Below, piece after piece: positions 30,840-40,311 of a stretch of DNA of 64,000 bases. The stretch's first letter is position 1. Each line of letters begins with the position of its first letter. This stretch comes from Giardia intestinalis (Eukaryota). Where the stretch lies: the NCBI GenBank assembly GCA_000002435.2, contig CM018789.1, one strand, 5' to 3'. The position numbers were made by a program, and so were the translations under genes. Below the pieces are notes generated by a model. It ran no database searches, had not been told where the DNA came from, and was given only the letters and a program-made list of their open reading frames with translations.

Positions 30840-33800
30840 TCATGCAAATGCCCCATTCGGATGGACAGGCCTTTGTCCCTCGTTATGAACCGAAGCATTG
30901 AGGTCTGACTCCTGAAGATCCCTCGTCTGTAGCATCGAGGTATGGATACCCGGTGGGCGGAGTGCCGTGCTTGTTGTAAGGTCGAGTGACCTGTCCAGCT
31001 TTTCGTGAAAGTAATTCATATCGATGTTGAGGGTCCCGACTTGCGCATTCAGCTCGCGCGACCGATCAAGAAGCTCTTGTACCGTCAGACGCTGATTGTC
31101 TGCCCCCACTTTTTCATTCGAAGATGCGCTCTGTGTTGGGATCTCTATTTCTTGCACGCTACTCGGAGTTAATTCAGACTTAAAGGCTATTTGGTCATCA
31201 ATGTTCTTGATTCCGGTCGCAAATGTCTCTGGCGTGGCCAGTCCTGGCCTCTGAGAACGTGCTGATGCGGTAAACTGCGGGCTTATGCTTTTTTCCAACA
31301 CGTCTGCATAGTTACGCCCTCTGTCTGATCGTGTTCTGCTCACAAGGTCTTTCTTGTGGGACTGCTGCTTCAGCTGCTCGATCTGTTGGCGGAGATCTTT
31401 AATGGTACCCTCGTAAACCTCGCGCTCAGACAAAGAATCAGCCCTTTCTGATGTGTCCCTTGCAGTATCTAACTGTCTCTTCAGAGCCTGTATCTCTGCG
31501 TTCTTCGTTAGGATGACTCGGTCTAGGGTCTTTGTCGCTGCATCTAATTCTTGTTGGAGAGAGGCGGTGGTTGCGTTGCCAAATTGCTCCCTCTGTGATA
31601 GAAGCTGCATCCGCCAGTGGTTCTCGCGCTCCTCGAGTTCCTGTCTGTGCTTGTGCGTCAGAAGAGCAATTTCGTCGCGGAGTTTCAATACTTCTGCTGA
31701 TTCAGCCAGATTCTTGTGGGAAAGCTTATGCTCTGCAATTCTGAGCTGGTCCTGAAGAGCAGTGATTTCCTGGTTTGCCTCGTGAAGCCGCTCCTTGATA
31801 GCAGTAGCATGCTCGTGTGTAGCCCTTTCCTCGAGCGCTTTAAGTTGCACTTCCTTGTGTGTCGCAGTCAGAATCCCTACCAAGCTCCTCTTTTCCTCGT
31901 CCATATGCGCCAATTGATCTGAAAGCATGGCAAGCTTAGTTGTCTGTGATTGGTCTGTTGAGCGCCGTTCTTCCAAAAGAGCCTCTAGCTCGCACAATTT
32001 ATGTGCTGACTGGCCAACCTCTTTGGTTTTTTCGTCCAGTAGAACCTGGAGTCTGCTCTTCTCATCTTCGTATGTAGATAACTTGGAAGTTAACTGTGCA
32101 AGAAGCACGGTTTTTTCTTCGATGGCAATCTTCAGCGATTCGATCTCCGCGTTGAGCGCTTTTTCGCTTAGTGCGCGAGCATGTTCCGTGCTACGAAGCT
32201 CTTCTTTGAGAGAGTTCGCAAAGTTTTGTAGCGACGCACATGAGTTTGTCTTTTCTTGAAGCAGTGCATCTAGCTTTGAACGTTCTTGCTTGCATGCAGA
32301 TACTTCTGTTTTGAGCATGTCTGCAGCAGATGAAGCGGTATCGAGCTTGTGCTTAAGGTCCGAGACATATTCAAACGTTGGACGTGCTTTCAGCTCCGTC
32401 TCAAGCGCCCGCAGCTTTATCTCTAAGGCCTCATTTTCCTGAGAAGCTTTCTTTGCTGCTAAAGAATCAGCATTTCTGGCCTCTAGCTGCGCCGAAAGCT
32501 CTGCTTGCTTGGTGGTGGCCTCCTCCAGCTTCTTCTTGAGGGTCCCTATTTCAGATATCTTGTCGGAAAGCTCCGCAGCCATGGTTTCTCTTAGCGTGTG
32601 CAGCTGTTGCCTTAGGTTTTCCTCTGTTAGTGTTGCAGCGTTCAGAGCTGATTCCGTGTGCAGTAAATTGTCTGCATTCCCCGTAGATGATGACAGCTTC
32701 TCCATCGAACCAGAAGTCGTTAGCTGAATGATTCTCTCCTTGCACTTTGCGATCTCGTGGTCCTTCTCTTCTATCTGTTGACTGTGTTGTTGCTTCTGCG
32801 ACCGCAGAGTAGCATTCAGGCTCTCTATGTTTTCTGTGAGAGCATCTTCAGCATTCGCCAATTTGACTTCCAGGTCCTTGCATGCCAACGTCAGCGTTTC
32901 AATGGTTTTTTCGTGAGCAGAGATCGTGGAATTAGCTTTTGCAAGCTCAGCCTCTGTAGCGACAAGTCTAGAGTGAATGTCAGAGGCAGAAGCGGCAGAA
33001 GCTTTTGCTGCTCCAAGCACATGCTCCAAATCAGCTAGCTTTCGTACAAGAATGTCATACTCGGCTCTTGCCACACTGAGCGATGCCTGTAGTTCGCTCT
33101 TTTCCTTCTGAAGTTCTGTCTCTCGACTTAGTGCCTCGTAGATCTTTCCTCGTAGCTCCTCGGTCTTCTTTTCCCCTTCCATATACTTATTCAGAAGTAC
33201 AGTCGGGTCTAGCTTAATATCGTTGAGCACATCATACTTAGCCTGCAGAACAGCAAGCTCGACTGTCTTATCTGTCTGCCGCAGCTCGATAATTGTCTGC
33301 TCAGATCTGGCCAGCTCATGCCGAAGAGCGTCTACTTTCTGGGTAAGGGACGAAATGTCTTTGGCAGCAGACTCAGCGGAGGCTTGCATCCTATCGCGCT
33401 CTTCTAGAAGAGTCGCAATCTGTGCCTCGCGTGTAGCAATGCTCGCCTGAAGCCCTTGGATCTCGTGACGAATTTCTTGTGCTAGGGGTCCATCGGGGAG
33501 GTCGCGAAGAGACGTTGGAATGGATGCTGCACATCCTTGTGGTAAGTTTTCCGAGTTGATGGGGCAAAGAGTGCTGGCGTCCTTGCAAGAGTATTCTGTA
33601 AGCACTTCCTTGTCAACGACAGATGGAGGATTGTAGCTGAGTCTTTCCTGTGGTTCCAAAGGCTCATCGCGTTGCACTGATATGTGAGGCGGGACATTCG
33701 AAGAGGTGCCTACCACACTAGAGCTAGTTGGGTCGGTGCCTCCATACTTAGCCAGATTCTCCTGCAACTCTCTAATTTCTACATCCTTTTTCTCGATGAC

Positions 33801-35186
33801 GGCCTTAACCAATTCGCACAACGCTGGACAGCTCGACTGAACAGAAGCGTCAATACCGGAAGCCAATGGAATAGTTTCTTCCTGTTGTGAGGATAAAATA
33901 GAGGAGACAGAAACCCCTAAGTGTGCAACCAATACTTGCAGCTCAGTGGCCTCTGCCTTATACGAGCCGAGGGCATCTGTGGCCAGACGAAGATCTTGCC
34001 TCACCGATTTCTTCTCTTGCTCGAGCTTCTGCAGCTCATCCTTGAGGCGAGCGATTTCTGCATCACGCTGAGTTATGAACTTCTCTGCGTTAGCCTTTAC
34101 TTTCTTGAGTCTCCTCTCGAGCTCGTCCCGTTCCGTGTGAAGTGCGGCTTCGCTAGCTTGAACTTTTGAGAGTTCTGCCTTAGTGTTCTCAAACTCCTGC
34201 TGCGCAACTGACAAAGTCAGCGACAGCTGCTCGTTGGTGCTGCGAAGGATCTGAAGCTCATTGCTCCGCTCAGCAATTACAGACTCGTTGTGCTTGCTAA
34301 CCGTCGCGCACTCGTCGAGATAGCTCCTAAGCTCTATATTCTTAGCGCTATTGATCCGTTCAGCAGTAGCGAGAAGCTCGGACAGACGATCGACCTCCTT
34401 CTCCTTTGTCTTTGCAAAGTGCGTCAGGTCGGAGATGTGGAGCTCTTTCTGGCTGATGATGTCTTTCAACATTAGGTTTTCTCTGAGTAACTCGCCATTT
34501 TCTGCTAAAGAGGTTTGAAGCTGCTGGGACAAGGCCTCAAGTTCACGCTGAAAATCCGTCTTGATGGCGTCATTGGTGGTCTTGATAGTAGACAAGACGT
34601 CATAGATGTGGGAAATCTGAACGGTGGTCCCAGGTGGGTCTTGAGGGCCTGTGCATCCAGCAGGCTCAGGATATTCAGAAGCACGTGCATCAGAGTTCCG
34701 AATTCCCATGATAATATCGTCATTGATGGTCTGCAGTTGGGAGTGGAGCTGCTCCAGCTGGTGGAACTTTTTCTCTAAAGCTGAATGCGTCGAAAGCAAC
34801 TGCGCTGAGTTGGACCCGGACTGTACGTCCTCGGGTTGTTGTGATGAGGGCTGAAGTGGCTGGGCGGTTGTAGTACTATTAAACGCGCCGGTCAAAAGAT
34901 CGCTCACCTTTAAGTTGATTCCAGCCGACATCGGCCTATGGATGCGAACTGACCCAGTGGTCTGTTTAGGCTCTCCTGAAACGGGCTCCGTAGCTAGCGT
35001 CTGAGACCCTGAATGGCGGTTAAAGCCCGCCGAATGAGAAGTGTCACCAGAACGTCCGACGGTTCCTGATGATGAAAACGACCTAGAGGGTCGCATAACC
35101 GAGCCAGTGCCTCCTTTAAGGACTTTGCTGTGACTTGCTGAGCGGGCGACAGATCCAAACAGTGGATAGGTACCAGAATTTGGCAT
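30840..35186 (-). CDS. Long (1448 aa) coiled-coil protein, hypothetical
   Basis: ATG start. Heptad-rich E/L/K/Q sequence throughout. Its stop is 1 bp from the stop of the convergent cyt b5 gene. Confidence 0.7.
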   Translation of the reverse strand: MPNSGTYPLFGSVARSASHSKVLKGGTGSVMRPSRSFSSSGTVGRSGDTSHSAGFNRHSGSQTLATEPVSGEPKQTTGSVRIHRPMSAGINLKVSDLLTGAFNSTTTAQPLQPSSQQPEDVQSGSNSAQLLSTHSALEKKFHQLEQLHSQLQTINDDIIMGIRNSDARASEYPEPAGCTGPQDPPGTTVQISHIYDVLSTIKTTNDAIKTDFQRELEALSQQLQTSLAENGELLRENLMLKDIISQKELHISDLTHFAKTKEKEVDRLSELLATAERINSAKNIELRSYLDECATVSKHNESVIAERSNELQILRSTNEQLSLTLSVAQQEFENTKAELSKVQASEAALHTERDELERRLKKVKANAEKFITQRDAEIARLKDELQKLEQEKKSVRQDLRLATDALGSYKAEATELQVLVAHLGVSVSSILSSQQEETIPLASGIDASVQSSCPALCELVKAVIEKKDVEIRELQENLAKYGGTDPTSSSVVGTSSNVPPHISVQRDEPLEPQERLSYNPPSVVDKEVLTEYSCKDASTLCPINSENLPQGCAASIPTSLRDLPDGPLAQEIRHEIQGLQASIATREAQIATLLEERDRMQASAESAAKDISSLTQKVDALRHELARSEQTIIELRQTDKTVELAVLQAKYDVLNDIKLDPTVLLNKYMEGEKKTEELRGKIYEALSRETELQKEKSELQASLSVARAEYDILVRKLADLEHVLGAAKASAASASDIHSRLVATEAELAKANSTISAHEKTIETLTLACKDLEVKLANAEDALTENIESLNATLRSQKQQHSQQIEEKDHEIAKCKERIIQLTTSGSMEKLSSSTGNADNLLHTESALNAATLTEENLRQQLHTLRETMAAELSDKISEIGTLKKKLEEATTKQAELSAQLEARNADSLAAKKASQENEALEIKLRALETELKARPTFEYVSDLKHKLDTASSAADMLKTEVSACKQERSKLDALLQEKTNSCASLQNFANSLKEELRSTEHARALSEKALNAEIESLKIAIEEKTVLLAQLTSKLSTYEDEKSRLQVLLDEKTKEVGQSAHKLCELEALLEERRSTDQSQTTKLAMLSDQLAHMDEEKRSLVGILTATHKEVQLKALEERATHEHATAIKERLHEANQEITALQDQLRIAEHKLSHKNLAESAEVLKLRDEIALLTHKHRQELEERENHWRMQLLSQREQFGNATTASLQQELDAATKTLDRVILTKNAEIQALKRQLDTARDTSERADSLSEREVYEGTIKDLRQQIEQLKQQSHKKDLVSRTRSDRGRNYADVLEKSISPQFTASARSQRPGLATPETFATGIKNIDDQIAFKSELTPSSVQEIEIPTQSASSNEKVGADNQRLTVQELLDRSRELNAQVGTLNIDMNYFHEKLDRSLDLTTSTALRPPGIHTSMLQTRDLQESDLNASVHNEGQRPVHPNGAFA

Positions 35187-35291
35187 TGTTTAATATTCAA
35201 AAGGAGCAGGGCCACCAGTACCTACTATTTGCTCTGCTAGTATATTGGAGACTGTCTCGTGTCCAGACAGAGTATAATCTGAAAATCAAAA

Positions 35292-38200
35292 ATGGAGTAC
35301 TTGTTTCGAGTAGCCTCCCAACAATCTGCGCCCCCAGGGAACTGTGAAGACTCGTCTGATGATGACTGTGGCTACAAAGGCATGGACCTCATTATCTCCG
35401 AGGGAAACCTCCTGCGGGTGGTGAGAAACAAGTCGACGCTTGGGCTTTGCATGGTTAAGCACCAGAAACTCTTGGACTACCTTGTTAAGGAGCACATCCT
35501 TATAGAGATCATGCAGCTAATCTTCAACCGCACGGCTACTCCGTTGAACTCTAGTCTGTGCACTGACACTAAGGAGGGATCGATAATGACTGACTCGATC
35601 ATAAACCCCCAGCCTGCATCTCCTATACATGTCACGTCACATGATCTAGCCACTGACACGGCAATCCGGGGCCAGTGTTACCCCGTTACCCTGGACGACG
35701 TCTATAGAGCTATCGACTTAATACGCACAGCTGAGCGAGTCACACCAGTCCTTACCCATATTATGTCGACGCCTTCTATTCTGCGCATCCCCTTCCAAGC
35801 TGTAGCCGTTGTCTATGGTTTTTTTGCCGACCGCGTCCATCCCCTTAAGGACATCGTTGTGAACCCTGCCAGCGATGACGAGTCGAACAGTGATTGCAAG
35901 ATCGAAGTCACAAAAGCCTTTGATGCGCTTTTGAACATTTGCACACTTTCAGTCGATAACCTCCCTATTTTCGTTGATGCGTTAGAGCAGCCTCTCTTTG
36001 ATACTGATGAAACCAAAGATAGTGACTCGTCGCCAGTGCTTCTAATAGACGTATGGGTGCAGCTTTTGTTGTTGAATAGAGCAGGATCTTCGTTTGTGCG
36101 CCTGGTGACAAATCCAAAGGATAAACCAGCACCCCTTCTTGACAAACTCGCAGCTTTTCTTTCCCAGAGGGGTGTTTTCAGTACTTATATCGATCATCTT
36201 TTCGTGTCTACCAACACCAGCTGTGATTCTATAACTAGTATTCTTGTTCAGTCTTTAAACTCCCAAGTTCCTTGGTGCAATACTATCGTTCAAGAGTTTC
36301 CGCGCCTTTTTAGTCTTTTTCTCTTATTAACAGGAAATTCCTTGCCTGCTGACTTGCCAGCAGAGCTTTTATCAAGACTTCCCACTTTATCACCTATAAC
36401 TAATCCATCTTTATGTCTTACATCATCGGTTGCCGACATGCTAGTATATATGTTGCGCACAATTATTCTTGACGCCGTCACGATTTCTCTAAATAACCCC
36501 GAGGACCCGACGCTAGAGGGTAAGACAATCATTACTTTAGAGTTCCTGAAAAATAAAGGATACACTCACGCAGATAGCTGGACTCTCTTCATTACAAGAC
36601 TCTTGCCTGCACTTTGCACTGCAACAGTGAGCAAACTGGAGGAGTCCGCCGAATCGTCAAGCGGTACATTCTCAGTGGTGGCTCTATTGATGCTCAAAAC
36701 AGTTGTTAGATTTATCGAACTAACCGGCTGCATAAATGATCATATCGATAGCGTTCTAATATCGAATACATACGGTTGTTCCTCGGCGACTCTTCTTTCA
36801 GTGATTTCCGCTGCGACTGAAATTAGCTCATGTAGCACTCTGCCTTCGTCTCTACGCTCACTTGGATGGGATGTCGAACCAAGTGAGTTCTTTAACAAGC
36901 TTCGCTACGGAGACGCAGGCCGGTTGTGCAGCGTGTCCATCGAGCTGATTGTACAAACAGTTGCACAGTCAGAATTGTACTCTGTATTGTGCAAGGTTAT
37001 GCGTGTGTTCCCTACGACAACCGTTGTCCTTTTTCTCTGCTCCCGTCTTTTTATCGTTGCTGCCTTCTATTTGTTCAGCTCGGACTCTGAACTTATTGAA
37101 CAGGCGCTTAAGCAATCTGGAATTTTTGAAGAGCTTGAGCTTGTGTCTATTGACGATGCTTCCGATTGTATAACTATAAGGCCTGTGTCTGAGATGGAAA
37201 CGTTTTCAATCGATGAGCCGTTGCCCACGAAGTTTTTGCCCTATAGATTCCGATCGCCATTTATTGTACACCTTCTCGGCATCCTTAGAGCATTTATCAG
37301 GCTGGCTGCGAATGTTACGCAAAGGGAATACGACTCCGAATGGTCACGCTATCTTGAGTTCCGTGAATCGTCTAGTGTACCTCCAACACGTGTTATGACA
37401 TACGCACAGCTTAGGACTCTCGCTGACAATCACACTTCTTTGCGGAGACTTTTGCTGGAACACCAGAAACTGGCTTCTGTTTCCTCTGCCTTCCTTTGGT
37501 TGGATCGCATAGGGGGAAACTGCTACTTCAAGGGTCTACTCCCCTTCTCGCGCCGACTTCTTTCTCTTGGAATCTCTACCTATGCAGGCGTCTCGCTAGA
37601 ATCTCTTATGGAGTACGCTGAAAAGGAGCCTGTCTTTGCAACTTCACAGGATTGGAACGTCAACGCCAACTTTTCTCTTAAGCAAAACATAGTTCTTGGC
37701 GCCCTCAAGCAAATGCTAACTTTGCAGAGGGGATCCCAGTTTAGTTTCACTGAAACAGACCTTAACAGCATTTACAACGGAATAATGTCTACGTCGCTGG
37801 ATGACGAGGAGGATAACAATGTCCATACTGGCGACGACAACCTGGATACTGGGCAGTTTGATGAAAATGTGGATGTGACTTCCTATCTAGCAAACAACGA
37901 AGCAGAGGTTCTAGGGGGACAAACAGACGTGGCACCGAGCTCTGGTGAGAGTGAGACTTTCGAATCTGCTGATGTAATAGCATTTGCGGAGTGTCTGCCA
38001 GAAGAGCTGGAGCCCCCTGTTGAACTATTGCCCCCGCTGGAGTCTGACAGTGAGGCACTGTCGGGAAGGTCTGAAATGTGTGATATCGACGATAGCTGTC
38101 CAGCTAAAGCACAATCTAGTAGCAAAGAACTGACAGATAGAAGCGATTTGGTAACTTCCACAGAGTCGCATGCTCCCTTAGTTTGCACGACAGCGCAGGA

Positions 38201-38855
38201 GCTTGCCCACATCCTTCACAATTCCCTGCCTAATGGCTCTACCGGGCTCATAAAAGACTCTGTATCAACTCATCAGCGTAGCACCGAGGTTAAGACTCCA
38301 GATAGCGCAACGTGCAGAGACCAAACTCCTCGCGGACAATATGAACAGCAGATCAATGTTATACATCTCACCAGTGTCGATAGCAGAGATAGATCATACA
38401 GCCCTCCACCTATTCCCAAATCGTCGTCGCCTCCAGCTGGTATTCACAACCGAGCATCTCGCGGAACATGCTCGCCAAATAAGCCTTTAGCCGCGATTAG
38501 CTCCATTGGCACAAGGCGAATAGACAAATCTCCGACCACAGAAACTGCAATTCTTACAGAGAAATCCCCGCGTGCAAAGCCTGCCACAAGGCCGTTTGCA
38601 CAAAGCAGCCGCCCAGTGCGTGAGGCTATCAAGCCAAGCAATGAATATTGCGACATCCCGCCCAATGAAGGAAGGTTTATGACATTTGAAGAAGCCACTG
38701 CAGTACTTGAAAAGCAGAACAGCATTATTGGACGAAGGGCACGTGTCGATGATAGCAGTAGAGAAAATGAATTTAGGCCTCTTCCGAAAAAGATGATGGC
38801 GGCGTCGTCCTCCTACTACGCAGGACGATTTAGGGACTATCGTGGAAGAACTTAG
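35292..38855 (+). CDS. Hypothetical protein (1187 aa), Ser/Pro-rich C-terminus
   Basis: Long uninterrupted ORF with ATG start. No recognisable domain by eye. Confidence 0.55.
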   Translation: MEYLFRVASQQSAPPGNCEDSSDDDCGYKGMDLIISEGNLLRVVRNKSTLGLCMVKHQKLLDYLVKEHILIEIMQLIFNRTATPLNSSLCTDTKEGSIMTDSIINPQPASPIHVTSHDLATDTAIRGQCYPVTLDDVYRAIDLIRTAERVTPVLTHIMSTPSILRIPFQAVAVVYGFFADRVHPLKDIVVNPASDDESNSDCKIEVTKAFDALLNICTLSVDNLPIFVDALEQPLFDTDETKDSDSSPVLLIDVWVQLLLLNRAGSSFVRLVTNPKDKPAPLLDKLAAFLSQRGVFSTYIDHLFVSTNTSCDSITSILVQSLNSQVPWCNTIVQEFPRLFSLFLLLTGNSLPADLPAELLSRLPTLSPITNPSLCLTSSVADMLVYMLRTIILDAVTISLNNPEDPTLEGKTIITLEFLKNKGYTHADSWTLFITRLLPALCTATVSKLEESAESSSGTFSVVALLMLKTVVRFIELTGCINDHIDSVLISNTYGCSSATLLSVISAATEISSCSTLPSSLRSLGWDVEPSEFFNKLRYGDAGRLCSVSIELIVQTVAQSELYSVLCKVMRVFPTTTVVLFLCSRLFIVAAFYLFSSDSELIEQALKQSGIFEELELVSIDDASDCITIRPVSEMETFSIDEPLPTKFLPYRFRSPFIVHLLGILRAFIRLAANVTQREYDSEWSRYLEFRESSSVPPTRVMTYAQLRTLADNHTSLRRLLLEHQKLASVSSAFLWLDRIGGNCYFKGLLPFSRRLLSLGISTYAGVSLESLMEYAEKEPVFATSQDWNVNANFSLKQNIVLGALKQMLTLQRGSQFSFTETDLNSIYNGIMSTSLDDEEDNNVHTGDDNLDTGQFDENVDVTSYLANNEAEVLGGQTDVAPSSGESETFESADVIAFAECLPEELEPPVELLPPLESDSEALSGRSEMCDIDDSCPAKAQSSSKELTDRSDLVTSTESHAPLVCTTAQELAHILHNSLPNGSTGLIKDSVSTHQRSTEVKTPDSATCRDQTPRGQYEQQINVIHLTSVDSRDRSYSPPPIPKSSSPPAGIHNRASRGTCSPNKPLAAISSIGTRRIDKSPTTETAILTEKSPRAKPATRPFAQSSRPVREAIKPSNEYCDIPPNEGRFMTFEEATAVLEKQNSIIGRRARVDDSSRENEFRPLPKKMMAASSSYYAGRFRDYRGRT

Positions 38856-38915
38856 CCTTTTGTAAATCAATAATCAGCCGCACTTTCCTCTATAACGGTT
38901 CAGCATCACGTGAAT

Positions 38916-40184
38916 CTATTTCTCAGCCAAAGCTTTCTTCAATGCGGCATTTTCAGAAAGCAGATTGTAGATTCGTTGGTTCAGTAAATCGATTGTCTCT
39001 GTTAGGCTAAGATGATCTTCTTCAGTAGCTCGCAGCCTCCGGATCTCTTCCGAAAGCAGATGCTCGTTCAACTTTAACTCAACAAAGGACGCAGATAGCG
39101 CTCTGTCTATGTTATCGGGAGCGGATGATTGCTGCTTCAGATAATTGAACAAATCGTCCTGGAGCAACGAGACTGCCGTTTTGTAGTTGGTAAGTCTAGC
39201 TAGAAGTTGAAGCTCGTACTTATCTCTTTCAAGAAGGGAGCCTTGCAGCGAAGAAACCAACTCTGTAAGATCTTCTGACACAGGGACAGACGGAAGGGTT
39301 GGCGGAAGTGGAGCATCTAGTTCGCTGCTTGGGGTCTCCGTCTCAGTATGAGTCTGCTGAGTCTTAGAAGATGTATGCGCTGTGTCAATTGCTGCCTCCA
39401 GTAAGGAATCTAAACGCTTAAAGATAGATTCTAGAAGTCCAGTCTCTGGACAGTGGACAGTGCGTGTTTCAGCAAGGAGATCCGTAACCAGTTTAGAAGC
39501 TGCCTCACGAGTGGGCAATAATACACTTAACCCATCGTCCACTTTCTGTAGAAACGTAGATAGCTCAGAAGAACGCATCTGCTGTGAGTGTGAATGCTCT
39601 AGGACAGCACACTGAGATGGAATCGTCAGCTCAGATAGGTCTTCGTCCTGCTGGTCCACACTGCGGGCTGCGCCAACCGCCGCCTTGTACTCTTGTTGTG
39701 CTATATTAAGTATGGGGCAATCTTCTGCTGCAAGACTCTCATGCGAAAACCATGTGTTGGCCCCTTGATTGGTTTTTTCTATGTTCATGAGTGTATCTAA
39801 GGCTGACGAGCGCTCCAATGACGCTCGGTGAGCACAAGGCATGTCTTCGGATGCCTTGGGCGTGGGCAGCGGCTCGATAGCCTTATCCACAGAAAATTCT
39901 AGTCGAAAGGGCGGAAGATCAGTCCCGAAACGAAGAGTATCACCAGGGTAAACAGGGACAGAGTCGTTCTTTATCTTGATGTCATTTATGTATGTGCCGT
40001 TCCGAGAATTCAAGTCTATCACAGCGCTATTCCTAGGCCCCTCCAGAAGGATCTTAGCATGATGACCGGAGATGGACTTGGAATCCAAGGATATGTCGCA
40101 GTCAGCGGAACGACCAACCACGATTATCGGCTTGTGCAAGGCAATGTAGCCGGCAGGCCCTCGAAGAAATGCAAGCGCCTCCAT
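38916..40184 (-). CDS. FHA-domain protein with C-terminal coiled coil
   Basis: N-terminal 'IVVGRSADCDISLDSKSISGHHAKILLE...IDLNSRNGTYINDIKI' matches the FHA consensus (GR..CD..L....SR.HA.I......DL.S.NGT.VN). Confidence 0.7.
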   Translation of the reverse strand: MEALAFLRGPAGYIALHKPIIVVGRSADCDISLDSKSISGHHAKILLEGPRNSAVIDLNSRNGTYINDIKIKNDSVPVYPGDTLRFGTDLPPFRLEFSVDKAIEPLPTPKASEDMPCAHRASLERSSALDTLMNIEKTNQGANTWFSHESLAAEDCPILNIAQQEYKAAVGAARSVDQQDEDLSELTIPSQCAVLEHSHSQQMRSSELSTFLQKVDDGLSVLLPTREAASKLVTDLLAETRTVHCPETGLLESIFKRLDSLLEAAIDTAHTSSKTQQTHTETETPSSELDAPLPPTLPSVPVSEDLTELVSSLQGSLLERDKYELQLLARLTNYKTAVSLLQDDLFNYLKQQSSAPDNIDRALSASFVELKLNEHLLSEEIRRLRATEEDHLSLTETIDLLNQRIYNLLSENAALKKALAEK

Positions 40185-40311
40185 GGGAACTGCTCTTCAA
40201 GCGCGCTTGTCAAAAAACAGGCAGCGTACTTTTTCAATTGCCGCCTCCACGTGCCACGTGAAGCAAAGAACTGTGCTTGATGTGGTATTCGATATACTTA
40301 TCTTTGTGATT

